A stretch of DNA of 18,858 bases from an uncultured Pseudomonadota bacterium (GTDB lineage Bacteria > SAR324 > NAC60-12). Position 1 is the first letter of the stretch. Every line of letters begins with the position of its first letter. A program made the position numbers and the translations under genes. Below are positions 17,002 through 18,858 of the stretch, piece after piece. A model generated the notes under the pieces. It saw only the letters and a list, made by a program, of their open reading frames with translations. It made no database searches and was not told where the DNA came from. The stretch covers positions 1 through 18,858 of the forward strand of contig CAJWCD010000074.1 of assembly GCA_913020725.1 (NCBI GenBank), in the 5' to 3' direction.

Positions 17002-17897
17002 TTCTGCTCCTGTGGTTTGAGAAGACGACCAGCAATGGCGTCAAATTTTTTCAGGAATTCGGGATCCCGTTTCTCCGGTGCCGTAATCAAGGCGACTTCG
17101 AGGGCGCGATCATCTCCGGAAGGACAAATCGCCGGGCGCTCCTTCATGCGTGGGGCCACTTGCTTGACCAGCGTGCGGGCTTTGTCCGCATTGGTCATCA
17201 ACACGCGGATCAAAGCGTCCACCTCGACGTTGTCGTGGTCCGGATGCCAGCAGTCGTAATCCGTGACCATCGCGACCGTGCAGTAGGGGATTTCCGCCTC
17301 ACGGGCGAGCTTGGCTTCCGGCATGTTCGTCATGCCGATGACATCGCAGCCCCATTGCCGATAAAGGTTCGACTCCGCAAGCGTTGAAAACTGCGGGCCT
17401 TCCATCGCCAGGTAGGTGCCCCCGCGATGCACCGTGATGCCCTCACTCCGGCAAGCCTCCTCGCACCAGTCGGCGAGACGGGAATTGGTCGGGTGCGCTA
17501 CGGAGACATGGGCCACCAGTCCGGTTCCGAAAAAACTCTTTTCCCGCGCAAAGGTACGGTCAATGAACTGGTCCACAATGACAAAATGTCCCGGCGCAAG
17601 CTCGTCACGAAACGAGCCGACCGCTGAAAGTGAAATGAGGTCCGTGACACCAGCGCGTTTGAGGGCGTCAATGTTGGCGCGGTAATTGATGCTGGAAGGA
17701 CTCAAGCGGTGCCCCCGTCCGTGCCGGGGCAGAAAAACCATCTGGACTCCATCCAGACTGCCAAACAACAACTCGTCGGAAGCCTCCCCCCATGGGGTTT
17801 CCACTTTGCGCCATTCCACGTTTTCCAGTCCGTCGATTTCGTAGATGCCGCTTCCGCCAAGGACACCGAGCGTCGGTGCCGGATGCAGGTCGCTCAT
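16998..17897 (-). CDS. mtnP: S-methyl-5'-thioadenosine phosphorylase
   Basis: [64 protein letters not shown]. Confidence 0.93.
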   Translation of the reverse strand: MSDLHPAPTLGVLGGSGIYEIDGLENVEWRKVETPWGEASDELLFGSLDGVQMVFLPRHGRGHRLSPSSINYRANIDALKRAGVTDLISLSAVGSFRDELAPGHFVIVDQFIDRTFAREKSFFGTGLVAHVSVAHPTNSRLADWCEEACRSEGITVHRGGTYLAMEGPQFSTLAESNLYRQWGCDVIGMTNMPEAKLAREAEIPYCTVAMVTDYDCWHPDHDNVEVDALIRVLMTNADKARTLVKQVAPRMKERPAICPSGDDRALEVALITAPEKRDPEFLKKFDAIAGRLLKPQEQK

Positions 17898-17937
17898 TTT
17901 CTTTATCTTTTGGAAGGTGTTGAAGAAACAGCTAAAC

Positions 17938-17955
17938 TTTCTCCACTTGGAGAAA
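17938..17955. promoter_or_regulatory. 18-bp palindrome in the mtnP/cofC divergent region, possible operator
   Basis: TTTCTCCA-CT-TGGAGAAA: perfect 8-bp arms with a 2-nt centre. Confidence 0.35.
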
Positions 17956-18073
17956 ATGGATCAAACCCTCCAATGATACAGGATTTGCTGAAGAATACGA
18001 ACGCAAGCTTTGGAGGTTCGCGAGCAAGCGTGATGTTCGGGGATTCAGTCAAGACTTTTTATGACGAATTCAC

Positions 18074-18727
18074 ATGTGGGCCGTAATCCCGATCAAGAAC
18101 GTGAACGAGGCGAAGCACCGCTTGGCGTCCGTCCTCAGCCCCAACGAACGCAGGGAGCTGTTTGTGGCGATGTTCGAGGATGTGTTGACGACGGTGCTGG
18201 CGGTTCCGAGGCTGGAAAAAGTGGTGGTGGCGACGGTGTGCCCGACGGCTTGCGGAATCGCCAAGCGGCACGGCGCGTCCGTGCTGTCCACCGGGCAGGA
18301 CGAGGGCCAGACGGCAGCGGTCGCAAACACCGCAGCGGCTTTGGAATCGAAAGGCGTCGAGGGTCTGTTGATGCTTCCCGGAGACATCCCGCTCGTCACC
18401 ACCGAGGAAATCCAAGCCGTGCTGGAGGTGCATGGCGACTCCCCCGCAATGACGATTGTTCCTGCACGAGATGAGTTAGGCTCGAACTGCATCGCCCTCT
18501 CGCCTCCAAACGCTGCACCCCTGCGTTTTGGTTCAAACAGCTACTGCCCGCATTTGGACACCGCCCGGAAACTGGGTCTGGAACTGCACACTCTCAAGCT
18601 TCCCGGAATTGGCTTGGACATCGACACCCCGAAAGATTTAATGGAACTTTGCCGACAGCCAACGCGCACACGAGCGCAGGAGTATCTGCGCAGTCAGGGG
18701 ATTACGGAACGATTCAGGGTATGCTGA
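18074..18727 (+). CDS. cofC: 2-phospho-L-lactate/PEP guanylyltransferase (CofC/FbiD)
   Basis: WAVIPIK...AKHRLASVL...ER, MFEDV, LPGDIP, GSN, RFGSNS...H, LDIDTPKDL. Confidence 0.93.
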   Translation: MWAVIPIKNVNEAKHRLASVLSPNERRELFVAMFEDVLTTVLAVPRLEKVVVATVCPTACGIAKRHGASVLSTGQDEGQTAAVANTAAALESKGVEGLLMLPGDIPLVTTEEIQAVLEVHGDSPAMTIVPARDELGSNCIALSPPNAAPLRFGSNSYCPHLDTARKLGLELHTLKLPGIGLDIDTPKDLMELCRQPTRTRAQEYLRSQGITERFRVC

Positions 18728-18776
18728 ATCGTTCTGTCTGTTAGAGTTTAAGAGTTACGCAGCTGGTTCCCTTAAA

Positions 18777-18807
18777 ATTATATCACGGCTCGTGGAATAT
18801 AAGTCAA
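18777..18807 (-). promoter_or_regulatory. Putative extended -10 sigma70 promoter facing back towards cofC
   Basis: The minus strand reads TTGACT (18807-18802) - 19 bp - TATAAT (18782-18777), preceded by TGn. The spacer is longer than optimal. Confidence 0.4.
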
Positions 18808-18858
18808 GCGCTTTCATCTTGAATCCCGTTTGTTTTCAGTCCGTTGTGCGGATGCAAA

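Noticed and set aside
17936..18064. Stop-free plus-strand frame (…WRKWIKPSNDTGFAEEYERKLWRF…) upstream of cofC
   Set aside because: No ATG start after the upstream in-frame stop and no recognisable family, so it cannot be supported.

Overview
An ~18.9 kb bacterial window, GC-rich in the coding regions. The host is probably a diderm, since the ABC binding protein has a non-lipoprotein signal peptide. The centre is a divergent locus. Rightward lies tetR-npdG-cofE-cofD, followed by cofC after an oppositely oriented mtnP-apt pair; these genes cover most of coenzyme F420 biosynthesis and recycling, but no FO synthase is in view. Leftward lies a tightly coupled enzyme operon: acyl-CoA ligase, alpha/beta hydrolase, Mer-like LLM oxidoreductase, a broken cupin, an IpdF-like SDR, an amidase, a non-canonical crotonase and a MaoC-type hydratase. 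A Liv-type ABC transporter with a fused permease follows on the same strand. My best reading is a TetR-controlled, F420-dependent, CoA-linked pathway for an unidentified substrate, which is inference from gene content. Features missed by the ORF track include a cupin pseudogene with two lesions, a brnT toxin pseudogene between livG and livF, a sigma70 promoter overlapped by an 18-bp direct repeat, and an integron attC-like site with an adjacent ORF start at the left edge. All family calls come from motif recognition by eye; no searches were run.
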